From: Paraspadella gotoi
Lineage: Eukaryota; Animalia; Chaetognatha
Assembly: GCA_051294375.1 (NCBI GenBank)
Contig: CM119268.1
Location: forward strand, 22,695,427 to 22,759,426
Direction: 5' to 3'
DNA: 64,000 bases
Shown here: positions 10,001 through 22,853 of the stretch, in pieces
Layout of the letters: each line of letters opens with the position of its first letter
Numbering within the stretch: the stretch's first letter is position 1
Program-made: the position numbers and the translations under genes
Notes under the pieces: generated by a model
Database searches by the model: none
What the model was told of the DNA's origin: nothing
The model's input: only the letters and a program-made list of their open reading frames with translations

Positions 10001-13000
10001 TGAACACGGTTCATTGTTCAAAGTTCATGCGTTTCTTTTTACATTATTAAATTTAACCTGTGGCCAATCCCCAATTCCACATATTCTGAATATATTCCTT
10101 ACTTAATAAGTTTAAGTTTTAACTGCCGCCACGCTAGAGTACAGCAGATTACCGAGTGACCTAATCCTAATTCACAAAACATTTAAATTCACTTCACTTT
10201 AAACTCACTCGTTTCCGATCTTCACGTCGTTGGAAAACTTTCTCCACTGCGGATCACGAGTGAAGTCCGTGAGATTTTCACAAAATCCTTTCGCGTCGAG
10301 GAAATCACGATTTCCGTTCCACGCGACAAAGGATGTGAACCAACTCTCGACAGATCCTGACTGAAGGGGAAAAAATATTTATTCTTTCATTTATTCGATG
10401 ATGAAGCGCTATATAGTAAAAAATATTTATCTTACATTATATTTGATAAAGTTTACACTATTTATGTTCTATTACGAATATTAAATAGTATGATGTACTT
10501 AATGATGTTTGTCGTGATTTAGAAACATTTTTTTTTCCAGCGACTGAGATGGGAATTATTAATTGTAACTGGATTAAATACATTAAAAAACGAGTCACAA
10601 TTCATCGTAAACTATAAAGGGAGTGAGCACAGAGCACTGCTCAGTGAGCAGTTGCTAAAGTCATGCATGACGAACTAATACTGAAATCGAATAGAGAAAT
10701 TTAATGGATTACTAATGTATTAATTAACTATATCAGTGATTCAGAATAAAAAAAGATGAGATTAGACTTAAAGCCTGACCCAACGACCTTACCTTGACCT
10801 CGGCGCTCTTCTCCAACTCTTTCGCCAACTGAAGGAGTCGAGCCTGATTTTCCACGTAATCGATGTTCGCCAAATAGACGAAGGCACGCTCGCCGTCTCC
10901 AGGAAAGAATCGATCGCTCGCTTGGAGATATTTGACTGTGGCCGATCCGCCTTGGGGGGGGAGATGGAATGATAGAGAGAGAGTGAGAAGAAAAGAAAGA
11001 AAATGGAAAGAAGGTAGAGAAAGATAGAGAGACAGTTACAAGAAAAGAAAGAAAATGGAAAGTAGGTAGAGAAAGATAGACAGTTAGAAGGAAAGAAAGA
11101 AAATGGAAGGAAAGGAGAGAAAGATAGAAAGAAAAAATTGTATAAAATGAATTAAATGAATGGATGATTTTTATATTGGTTGTACCAATTTCATATAAAA
11201 GGGAAGCAAAGAAATAAAAAATAAATGAATTAGTATTTAATAATATAAACTCATTCACTCATTCATTCCATCACCAGCCAATCGCTATGTTTAAACCCCC
11301 CCCCCTTCTCAACTCACTGGGCAGAAATCTGATTGGATCGAAATCTTGTTCGATGTGAAGAACTCCGTAGATTCCTCCAGCGAGAAGACCCAGAGTGAAG
11401 ATGATGATAATCGGTTTGACGACCTTGTGGAGGACGACTCGAGCCAACACTTTTTCGAAGAACTTGCTCATCAGACTCTTCTGGCTGCACGCGTTCTGTG
11501 TGTGTGGGGGGGGGAGAGAGAGGGAGTTTAGAAGAGTGACAATTGAGAATGAGTGAGAGAGGTAAGTCCTTTCATTCAATTGAAACATTCTTTGAAACAT
11601 TATCCGACTTCAATAAATGAGAAGCCAGGTACTTTGGCAATGAATAAACGAGACTGTGAGAGAGTCTTTATTGAAAGCTTATAATTTTAGACGAGTCATG
11701 GAGCCCTTAAATCACCAAGGCATGTCCAAAGTCAGGGCCAAGATAGCTTTTTTATTATTTTGTTGTTAATGTATGCTACTGTATCATTATTGATATGAAA
11801 TAAAATTTCATTAAGTGAAAGAATAATTTTTGCCTCATTTGTTCTAATTTCATAATAACCAGATCACCAGCCTGTAGTTTATCGAAACAAACAAGCAAGG
11901 CAAAGAGGCGTCTTAACTCACCGGCCTGTAGCTGTCGGAAACGACCAAGCAAGGCAAGCAGGCGTCTCGTCGCTTCATTTTGCGTCGAATGTCGAAAGAC
12001 AAAAAAGCGGCGAAAAACGTCGTCTACAGAGAGAGTGAGAAAGAGAGAGAGTTAATTCGTTCTTTGTATTGATTCATTACTTCGTTTATTTCATTCATCC
12101 TTTCTTTAATCACTTCATTCATCTTTTTATCATTCACTTCGTTCACTTCATTCATCCTTCGTTCACTTAATCATTCATTCACTTCATTCGTCCTTCGTTC
12201 ACTTTATTCATTATCCGTTCACTTGATTCATCCTTCGTTCACTTCATTCATCCTTCGTTCACTTAATCCTTCCTTCACTTCATTCATCCTTCCTTCACTC
12301 CGACCTGCATAAAGAAAAGCCAGAGGACTCCGAGAGAGGCGTAGACGCAAAAGGAACTGAGGGCGGGGAGGATGGAGGTGGCGCTGATGCCGAAGACGAC
12401 GAAGTTGGTCAGCGACGTCACCTGAAATCAATCCACAGCAGTCGAAAACAGTCAAAAACAGTTCAGATTAGTTCAGAACAGTCGCTATAAGTCGAGAACA
12501 CTCAAGAGCAGTTAAAAACAGTCAGGAACAGTCAAAAACAGTTAAAAGCAGTCCAAAACAGTAAAGAACTGTTAAAAACAGTCGAGCTTAGTTGAGAACA
12601 GTAAAGATAACTAAAAAAACTGTAGATAGCATTCCAGGTGAGGCCAAAAAATTAAATAACAATCAAGAACAGTCTAAAATCAATCCTTCGTAGTTTAGAA
12701 CAGTTAAGATTACTCAAAAATAGTAGCTAACAGTCTAGATTTAGCAAAAAAAAATATAGAACAGTCAATAAGAGTCGAGAACAGTCAAAATATCCTCACA
12801 GTGATAGCAACGCCGGCGTGACGCATGACTTCTCCCATCTGATCAGCGATTCCCGCCGTCGCCTTGAACTCCGGTTGGAGATTGTCCCAAGCTTGAGCGA
12901 TGACGAACGCGTCATCAATCCCGATGCCCAACATGAGGAAAGGGAGGATCGAGTGGACGGGTCCGTACAAGACTCCGAAGGCGGACGACATCCCGTACGA

Positions 13001-14050
13001 GCTGTTGACGAGAGGTTGGGGCGGAAGGATGGAGAAAGATGATCAAGGGACAAGAGTGATTCTAGATGTTATTATATTCATTAATAAACAGGTTTTGTCT
13101 TTATGGGAAATCATTTCAGTTTTATTGGTGGAGACCAATAATTCAATTCATTTTCTTTTCACTTTGATTTTTTTTTTTTGCTTGGGTCCTGAATTCGACT
13201 TTTTTAAATTTGATTATTTATCGGAATAAACAAAAACCTTATGATTAAACAAATTCTTATATAAGTTACAAACTTGTAAACAAATAATACAAACATTAGA
13301 GAAATTATCGATTTAACTTGATCCCTCTCCCAAGATAATGAATAGTGACATTTCCTTGTTCAGTGTTCAAAGCACTGTTCACCCTTCACTACCATCTTTC
13401 TTAGAGTTTTCTGTTTTAATCTGCAATCCGGATTTCTTCCCGACCGACCGACCAATCCAGACCGACCGACCAATCCAGACCGACTGACCCGCCGATCGCG
13501 AATCCGACGGCGAGGACGCTCATGAGCGCGATCCAGAGTCGATGACCCAAACGATTGAATTCGCCCAAGATGATCATGACGTAGACGATGATGATGATGA
13601 ATCCGGCGAAGAGCATGTTGAGATCGCTCTGGATGGAACCCGCGAAATCTTGACTCTGGGACCATCGGTTCCATACGAAGAAGTTCTTCATGCCGAAGCT
13701 GAAATGGGGAAATAATTTCGGGCAAAATAGAAATAATTTATTCCTAAAAGCTCAATATCTGTCATTGATTCAAACGAGAACCTTATGTTATGATCATTGA
13801 TCGCAACGACCTTTGGGAATTTTATTCTGCTATAAATATTCCATGAAGAGAGAAATAATATGCAAATGAGGTTTAAAACGAGGCTTATAAACAACAAATG
13901 ATCAATCTGAAGATCAATCACCATCCATCAACCCCCACCTCTCCACGCGGGCGGACTCGTTGAAGAGTCCGACGAAGTTTTCCTCCCAAACGTTGAGACC
14001 CGTGACAGAGTCGTCTCCTTGTTCCTTCTCGCTCAGCAGGGTGCAGCTGG

Positions 14051-14135
<85 letters not shown>

Positions 14136-14450
14136 AAATAGAACCGGATTCGCCTCATCAGATTTGATTACTCTTAAGAATAAAATGCTTCAGATTTGCT
14201 TGAGAGCTAGATTAAATTAAATAATACGAAGGATAATAATTTGAGAAAAAAATATGAAACTATTAGTTTTTCATTCAAAACTCAGTTAAGACACTTGATA
14301 AAGTCTTTAGTAAAGTCTTTACTAAAGTCTTTCGTAAAGACTCACGTAATCGAAGCAACTCTGGCCTTCTTGATTTTGTCTCCGTTGTAGGTGACTTCAC
14401 CTGCAAATGAGCAAGAAAAAGATAGAAATCATGTTTACTCGATTTTGTTG

Positions 14451-14494
<44 letters not shown>

Positions 14495-16430
14495 ATCTTC
14501 CCCTCACTCTCTCACCGATCATATTCTTGAACTTTTCATTTGCAGGGGCAACGATTTGATCTGCTATTTGCGTTTCCGTCAATGAATCGATCGTGGAAAT
14601 TTGCGACATCCACAAATCTGGCAAAGCCTGACGACAAAGTGGCTTAAAAGTTAAGGCTGAGGACAAAGTGACTTTATATTTAAGGCTGAGAGCAAAGACA
14701 CTCAACGTTAATCGTGAGGGCAATCAGGCTTAAACTTATAGGTAAAGTATAACAGCAAAGTATGCGGGTTTCGTTGTTACATCATGGGTTAAATCTAAAA
14801 AAAAAAAAAAGATTTGTTGTAAATCGCTTTAGCGATTTACTTACCCCCCGAAAATTGTACAATTTTGGGCCGCTCCCCCCCTTTTTTTTTTCAATTTTTT
14901 TTTTTTTTTTTTTCCTCTTCTTAACTTTTGCTACCTACTACGAGGATTTGTCTCTTACTTTTTCTACTATGAGCATTTTCCCTTTATTTTCTATAGAAAT
15001 TTGCTCTTATGTCTGCACCCACTAGATCTTCACTTGCATCGCTTTACACAAAATAGCAAATTTTTGCCTGTTTTGGTCTTAATAAAACAGATGGCTCCAC
15101 AAACAAAAGAGCATTTTCCTGAAACAAAAGAACAGTCCCATTAAATCTTCTTTGTATTTTCACCCTATTCTACTAGAGGGCTTTACAAAGCAGGAGGTCT
15201 TTTGTAAGACAAAGGAACATTCATTTGCTCTTCTGTCTGCACCTACTAGATTTTCACTTGCACCTGCTCTTCAACAAAATAGAAATATAAAATAGAAATA
15301 GAAAAAAAAGAATATAATATAATAGATATATAATTAATTAATTAATTAATTAATAGGAAAAAAAATAAGTATATCATTTCATGTAAAATTAAATTAATTA
15401 ATAGAAAATAGAAATAGAAAAAAAAGAATTAATTAATTAATTAATTAATGATGTTTTATTAAAACCACTAAGCTGTTTAAATATGGGTGGTTGATGTCAC
15501 ATGATTTACTTACCTTATGTGGCACAATAAGTAAGTAATATTACGCGCATTGTATCAGTCGGAGTTATTTCTCAGTCAGGCATCCTAAACAATTATTACA
15601 TGTGCTTATGATAAGATGATGTACCTTTGATTATAAATTACCTAGGCTGATTTTTAATCTGCATTTTTCCGCACACTTGTAAATACTTTAATTATTTATT
15701 TCTTAATTTGTTTTCTTTCATCGTTCGTCAGTGGGTCAGTGGTTCTCTCCGGGAATTTCATCTGACGACGTTCGACGAAAAACGGATTCTATAGTTAGTG
15801 CTTTCTTAGATTTTTTCGTTTTTCGTTCTGCGTCCGTACTACGGCCAGACAATTTAATTTTTTGATCTGTCCTGCGTCCGTAACCGCGGCCAGCACCAGT
15901 CTGCGTCCGTTCTATACGGCCAGACATTTTCTTATCTTAAAGATATCGGGGGCGCAGAAGTTGTTTTAATTTTTTGTGCGACGGCCCCGGTCGCAGGAAA
16001 GAATTAAGTTTTTCGTTTTTTGAAACGCTTACGGCGTTTTTAAAGTAAAAACATTTTAGAGATTTGTTATTAAATAACCGTGCGTTTTTGTTATCGGGTT
16101 TAATTTTTTTAATGAATTATTATAATTTTTTATATTATATTTTTCATTTTTTAAAGTATAAATTAAACTCCGTCGGGAGCGCGAGTCAGCCTTGACTCTT
16201 TTTTAGGGTATTTTTCTCTAAGGTTAACAGGCCCCCGCGCCTGACAGGACTAGAAATTTTTTTACTTTAATACGATGGCGCTCGCAACGGATAACCGATA
16301 TAAACGAGAGTGACCTAATATTGCATATCGTTGGCGGGAAAACTCTCTCTCTCTCTCTCTCTCTTTAAAAAAAAAAATTAATAACTTTTTTTTTCACCAC
16401 CATACTACGCGACGAGTAAACGAGTTCCGG

Positions 16431-16467
<37 letters not shown>

Positions 16468-19400
16468 CTGTTTTTTTTAGTCCCTTTTTTTTTCACCACC
16501 GTCACTTGGCGACGAGTAAACGAGTTCCGCTTCTGCAGCGTCTGTTCAGCTTCTTTCTCTCTCTCTCTCTCTGTCTCTTTCTGTCTCTTTCTCTCTTTAC
16601 GATCTCTTGCGTGATCGTTCGTTTTTTGAAAAATTCTGATTATTTTTTCCTTCTAAAAACTTTTATTATTGCCATTTATTCGGCGCTTTTTTCTCAATAC
16701 AAAATCCCAAATTTACATCCGAGATTTTCCTGGATACATTTTAGAAAAAGTGAAGAATAACTTAACGAGTTCCGCCTCTGCAGCGTCTGTTCAGCTTCTT
16801 TCTCTCTCTCTCTCTCTCTCCTATTTTTTTTTTTTTTGGTCACTTTTTTTTTTCACCACCGTCACTTGGCGACGAGTAAACGAGTTCCGCCTCTGCAGGG
16901 TCTGTTCAGCTTCTTTCTCTCTCTCTCTCTCTCTCATGGGAAGCCATGGTGTCCGGCTACCGAGCCTTTTGTCCACCATGGCCGGACCACGTCGGCCGGC
17001 CAATCTTTGCCTCCGGGACTTGAGGTCGAAATTATCTCTGATCAGGAGAAATCCTCGAATCAATAGGACTACGTCCGGAGATCGTGGTCGCGGACGTAAG
17101 ATTTCTTTTTAGTTTTTACTTATTTTTTGGATACTTGCTTTTCTTTTTCGTTGTTTTTTGAGAAAACGATTATAATTTTTCGTTGTGAATTGATTTAGAA
17201 AAAGTTTTTAAAAAGAGATACAACAACGATTTAATTTCATAATGAAACAGACATGTTTTGACTCACATACGAGTCTTCTTCAGCGCCAATTCAATTTGTT
17301 AATTTGAAGGTTTTTTTTTCTTTCTTTCTTTCTGTCTTTATTTTTTTTCTTTCCTTCCTTTTTTATTTTTTTTGTAATTTTTTTTACTATTATATTTTTA
17401 TCTTTCATTATTTTTTTAATTAAAGGAAAGAGAAGAAAAGAGTCTTGATCCGCGACTTTTAGCTCCGTCGGTATAGCGGACTCTGATCATTAAAGCCCGG
17501 ATGCCGCGGCGAGAGGGTCGGGGTCAGGTTCGGGTCAGGTCTCCGACCTGAGCCGCGGACGGAGGAGAACAAAAGCCGGCAGCCGGAAAACAATAGTGAC
17601 CAAAATTGGGTCCGTGAAGTTCAAGTATATGCCTCCTCTCTCTCTCTCTCTCTTTCTGTCTCTTTCTCTCTTTACGATCTCTTGCGTGATCGTTCTTTTC
17701 TTGAAGAATTCTGATTATTTTTTTCCTTCTAAAAACTATTATTATTGCCATTTATTCTCGATACAAAATCCCAAATTTACATCCGAGATTTTCGTGGATA
17801 CTTTTGAGAAAAAGTGAATAATATCTTATAATGCCATGCAATGTCACATGAGCTTCTGCGATATTTGCTATATATAACGGCAGTTGCGCGAAATAATTTA
17901 ATTGCATGTATTTACTAAAAAAATTTTTGTTTGTTTTTATTTATTACTGTAACTTTGGACCGGTCGGCCCACTATTGGCAAATTATACCTAAAATAGGAG
18001 TCGAGAAAAGAGATAGTCAAATTAAACATTTTTTTATTTTGATAATTTGTACTATTATTAAATTTATAAATAATTTTAGTGCTATATATTTAATCATTTT
18101 TATCTTTTTTTAAAATAATAATTATTTTAGTTGTGAACTATTTATAAATTTGTTAAATATGCAAATATAAAATTTGACCTCAGTCTGGTTTCTTCCTAAA
18201 AAAAGAACAATCTAAAATTTCATTCAAGATTAAAATTTTTTAAAATGAGGAAATAAAATATTTTTTGATAAGTAAAAAAAATATTTTAAAATTAAAAAAT
18301 ATCATAGTCGTTAACTGAGTATTTTCAACTATATATTTTGTTAATAGGGATTATAATTTTTTGACCTTTATTATTGAAAATAGTTTCGCTTTATCGCGAC
18401 ACACAGAGAGAGAGAGAGACACACAGAGAGAGAAAGACACACAGAGAGAGAGACAGAGAGAGACTGCAAACAAATATTTAGAACGTGATAGAAATAAAAT
18501 TGTTTTGTTAGTGTGTGATTAAGCATAAATTAACTTTCTACTTTTTTTTTTCAATTGAAATAAGACAAGACTTTTGTTCATCTAGTTCAAAATGAGGTTG
18601 AAAACCTTAACTATTTGCATATTATTGAAAATGAATGAGATTGATATTGATTGTATAAAATGAAAAATATGAAATAAATAGGCAAATAAAACATGAATAA
18701 ACATTGAAATAAAAATAAATACGGCTTTTGAAACGAGGCACTCCCATAAAAAAGATTTGCTAAGTGCAGAAAAAATAGGAAATCCGAGTGAAAGAAAATG
18801 ATTAATAAAAATCTTAAAAATCCGACTGAAAGAAAATGATTAATAAAAATCTTAAAAGTATAGTGATCTCGCCAGTCCTTACTATAAAAAAAAATTAATG
18901 AAAAAGTACTATAATCTAATTTGCATATTGCAGTAAATCATAATTAAATGGAAAATTAAACAAAAAAATATTTGAATCGATATAAAACAAATAAAATGGA
19001 TACACATTTTAACTTCCTCACTGCCTCACTAATGGAACTTGATAACTAGATAGTTAAAAATCGAAAAAAATGCTTCAAGTTAAAAAATTATAAAAGTTGA
19101 AAAAATTATGCAAGTTGAAAAAATTATACAAATTTAAAAAATTAAGCAAGTTGAAAAATTAAGCAAGTTGAAAAAATAATGCAAGTTGAAAAAAATTATG
19201 CAAGTCAAAAAAATTATGCAAATTGAAAAAAATTATGCAAGTAAAAAATTATGCAAATTGAAAAAAATTATGCAAGTTGAAAAAATTATGCAAGTTGAAA
19301 ACAGTATGCAAGTTGAAAACATTATGCAAGTTGAAAAAATTTTGCAAGTTGAAAAAAGATATTATTTTTGCCGCAGTAACAGTTCAGTTTAAGCCCTTGA

Positions 19401-20425
19401 AAGCGATTTACATGTATTGGCGCAGCCACTGGTTTCCTTTTCTATTCTCTTTTCCATATTAACGGTTTCGCGTTACTCTTTATGTCAACATGTGTACAAA
19501 AATTTAAACTGTATGCTTCCTCCTTACCATACTAACTATGTATTTTGCTAATCAAAAAGTAGTCGATTCTACAACCCTTCAGCACAGTGCAACATCAACT
19601 CACGTCGCAGCCCAAAAAGCGATAATCTTCCTCGAGAGATTTCGAGCGGATTTTCGTCTCTGTGATGTTTTTGATTTCGTCCACCATCTCGATCATCTTT
19701 TTGAGCGACGCGGATGTCAGGATGTTGCTGTCATCCGGGGCCTCCACGAGAAGTTGCTGGATTCTGCGGGGAAAAAAATGGGTGTGTCGGAAGGCGATGA
19801 CGAGGTCAAGGACAACCGAAGACTTTCGAGGTAACATAATGCTTCATTCATCTAAAAAACTCAACAAAGAATTAATAAATAGTTAATAAACCCTAGAGTA
19901 AAAGGTCCTTTGTAACTCCTATGCTCAGGTAGATTTCCTTACGTCATACCAATCCCTTAGAAAATCCTCAATACTCCACGATTTCTAATAAATACTCAAA
20001 AATACTCACAATTTCTCATAAATCCTCACAAACCTTGATAATTTCTCACGATTCCTCGCGATTTCTCATAAAATCCTCCTCACCTTATCCTGGAGGGAAA
20101 GTTCTCCGCCACCCACTCCTGCTGCCAGATGATGTCCGAATTCTTCGCCACCCAAAGTTTCGATCCGTCCGTCTCTTCTTCGAAGCGAAGCATGCCGACG
20201 ATGAAGGCGCCGGAGACGACGACGGAGATGAGGATCATGATGTATGGATGAGATCCTGGAAGGATCGACGAGGAATTTATGATATTGTGAGAGATTTGAG
20301 ATGAGATAGCTAATCATCGATATCTTCGTTCGGGTTTGATGAGGTTTTGTCGTGAATTTAGAAGGACGGTTTTAACTAACTAACTAACTAACTAACTAAA
20401 CTATCTAACTAACTAAACTATCTAT

Positions 20426-20505
<80 letters not shown>

Positions 20506-21008
20506 ACTAACTAAAACTAATCTATGACAGCTTTCTGGTAATTTAAGTTCGGCTCAGTGGGTTTGTTGCTCTAGATGTCGGTCAGCCCGGTTGCGATTCA
20601 TTAATAATCATTATTAATAATTAACAATCACTAGTAATCATTCGTTATGCTTTCAACCTGCTTGTCGATAATATTAAACATTTGTACTAACCAATGAAAA
20701 ATCCGATTTTGTACCAAAGAGTTTCCAAAGCCCAGTTGACAGTATCGCTGCATTTTTTGACGCCTTGTCGGGATGGATATAAATTAATCAGTATTTTAAA
20801 AACTAAACAAAACCGAAAATAACAAATAAAAACTCGTACATCCGCAGGTGTGTTTTTTGTCGTTCGGCGGTTGTCCGGTCAAATCCCCGCCCGAAGCCTT
20901 CGTCGGGAGTTTGGCGCCGCTGCCGCGCGAGAGGTCGTCGTCGTCGACGCCGCGATCGAAGGCGGCGTTGTCGTGTGACGCCCTCTTCGATCCTTGGTTC
21001 GGCGCCAT
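7019..21008 (-). CDS. Patched-related (PTCHD3/PTR/NPC1-like) RND-family sterol-sensing-domain membrane protein, 19 exons
   Basis: Spliced frame: IGFFIGSHPYIMILISVVVSG..LWV..FP (TM1); SSD LGEFNRLGHRLWIAL..LPFLMLGIGIDDAFVI..MRHAGVAITVTSLTN..LPALSSFC; second half FDPIRFLP, LAIGLCIDYAAHI, MGPAVFNGGFSTFLAF, FFKVFFSVVVFGLFHGLIFLPIILS. Exon 1 is 20840-21008, exon 2 is 20692-20763, last exon about 7253-7019. Confidence 0.9.
8225..8557 (+). mobile_element. LTR (about 280 bp, TG..CA) with tRNA-Lys(CTT) primer-binding site; truncated LTR retrotransposon inside a PTCHD intron
   Basis: TGTGAT start at about 8225, TATATAAG near 8267, AATATA at 8451, ends TTTTCA at 8506. Then GAG and TGGCGCCCAATGTGGGGCTCGAACCCACGACCCCAGGATTAAGAGTCT, the reverse complement of the tRNA-Lys 3' part including CCA. 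Confidence 0.75.
11864..11968 (-). repeat. Diverged 54-bp duplication of PTCHD exon end + donor
   Basis: AGACGCCTGCTTGCCTTGCTTGGTCGTTTCCGACAGCTACAGGCCG|GTGA followed by AGACGCCTCTTTGCCTTGCTTGTTTGTTTCGATAAACTACAGGCTGGTGA. Confidence 0.85.
12060..12790. repeat. Degenerate intronic minisatellites (TTCACTTCATTCATCCTTCG-like; about 10-bp AAAACAGTC-like)
   Basis: They fill the two introns flanking the 12304-12421 exon. Confidence 0.7.
16340..17820. repeat. Local segmental duplications within the 5-kb PTCHD intron
   Basis: CGACGAGTAAACGAGTTCCG..TCTGTTCAGCTTCTTTCTC occurs 3-4 times (16410, 16510, 16765, 16870); 16560-16760 recurs at 17640-17820. Confidence 0.8.
19060..19360. repeat. 18-20-bp minisatellite AAAAATTATGCAAGTTG, about 15 copies
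   Basis: Read directly; explains the spurious ORFs at 19186 and 19277. Confidence 0.92.
20373..20520. repeat. (TAAC)n microsatellite
   Basis: Read directly. Confidence 0.95.
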
Positions 21009-21379
21009 TTTTTTTACTTACGAAGTTTATTTTTTAAATTCGTTTCTCCTTTTTTAGTTTTTTGTTCTCATTTGTTTTGTTTATATTGTCCTCTCTTATT
21101 TTTTGGTTTCAGATGCTCTCTTTTACTTTACCTCGATTTTTTCGTTTCATTATGAAAAAAATAAAACGTCTGAAAAATGTGTTTTGCGAAAGAGACTTAC
21201 TCAGTACTCTTACTTACCAAAACACTGACTCTCTTCCACGAAGTCTATGAGTTACGAAAGCACAAAAAGTCTCTTCCTCACCCGAAGCCGCTCTTCCTCT
21301 TCGCGGAGATTTCCTCCGCCTCGTCGCTCGTCCTTTACTTACTTCGTACTTACCTTCCCGACCTCCGGCTTTGAGGCTG

Positions 21380-22400
21380 CGCACGCGATTTAATTTTATT
21401 CCTTTTAAATTAAAAATCAGAAAAACCGGAATGAAGTCGAGTTTAATTTTTTAAGGATGAATCACCAAAAAAAAGGAAAGAATGAAGTTTATTTCCTAGA
21501 ATGAATCAGAGAGAATAGAAATGGGTTGGGTTGGAATGGTTTTGAGTTTTTGAAAAATGAATCAAAGATTGGATTAGGTTTTTCTTACAATTAAAAGAAT
21601 ACAAAAATTGATTCAAATAAATAAAATTGAAAGTAAAAATTAAAAAAATAATTCGAATGAAGTAAATAAGAAAAAATGAAGTAAAATGTCATGAAATAAA
21701 ATAAAATTTTAGGACAATCCTGAAACTTTAATAGTTATTTAAATTTTTTCCTTCAGCATACCCCATTTTCATTAGCTGTAGAATTGTGACAGAATTTTGG
21801 GATAAAAATGACTATTGCAATTAAGCGAGGTTTCAATTAAAACTCTACTAAATATATCCAAACTATAACGGAAATTTAAATATAAGACTAAAATCGAAAT
21901 GATTGCTTTATTCTTTTTTTCCCTTTTTTTTTCAAGCAATCTGCCAAAAAAAAATCACTCAAAACCATCGCCATATTTTTGCAAGTGACAACTCTTTGGT
22001 TTGGATCAAACCTATTAACTTGAAAATTAAAAACTCTTAATATTTAGTAAGGGAATTTCTCGTAGATTGACTGACAGTTCCATTGCGAATGATATTGGCA
22101 AGGATTATAGATTTGACTGTTTAGAGATTGCCTAATTTTTAATTTTATATTTAATTTAAAAATTGTTTGGAACCACAAAAAGAATAAAACTAAAACTTTC
22201 AATAAAAATATTTAATATGTATATATATTTAAATATATTAATATTTTAATATATTTTATCATAATATTTTAATATTATTTAATTCTCAACATTAATTAAC
22301 TGGCCCAACAAAAAACAAAAAAAACAAACAAAAGGGAATCGTTTCGACTCTGGGTGTCGAGAATCAAAATCCTCTCGCTCTATGTCTCTGTCTCTGTCTC
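21380..22400. promoter_or_regulatory. Divergent promoter / strand-switch region
   Basis: AT-rich 1 kb between the PTCHD 5' UTR exon (minus-strand donor AAG|GTAAGT near 21353, acceptor TTTCAG near 21170) and the MARCHF6 5' UTR (donor GAG|GTAAAC at 22566, acceptor TTTAG at 22731). Confidence 0.6.
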
Positions 22401-22853
22401 AATCTGCTTGTTTCGACAAAATGAGCAACGGACCCTCGTTTGTTTCTAAGATTCTTAATTTACCAGGCCACGATTATTACCGAAGTTTATGAAAGAGAAT
22501 TCTATCTGTGACGAACTTAGATTAAATGCGACTGTCATTTAGTTTGGTCACGTCCTCTCGCTGAGGTAAACTAGTCATTACGTCCTCGTTTATTAATTAA
22601 TTCTCATTTAAATATTTCCAATTGTTTTGGCACATGAACCATGTTTTTTGAAGGGGGGGGGAAGCGGTGAAACGAACAATCGTGTTTCAAATTGTTATAT
22701 CATAAATCGTTCGTTAATTTTTTTTGTTTAGGACCAAAATGAACATTTTTAATCGACCCACAACGAACTGGTCCGTACACGCGGCTTTCGACGTACGACT
22801 TTCAAGTTTCCCCAGTTTTTAAGTTCGGACAGACCTCGAACGAAATTGTAACC

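Noticed and set aside
19186-19462. Repetitive KKIMQVE / KKLCKL ORFs
   Set aside because: Translations of an intronic minisatellite on the strand opposite the host gene.
20373-20520. Interstitial telomeric repeat
   Set aside because: The unit is TAAC/GTTA, not TTAGGG or TTAGG; an ordinary microsatellite.
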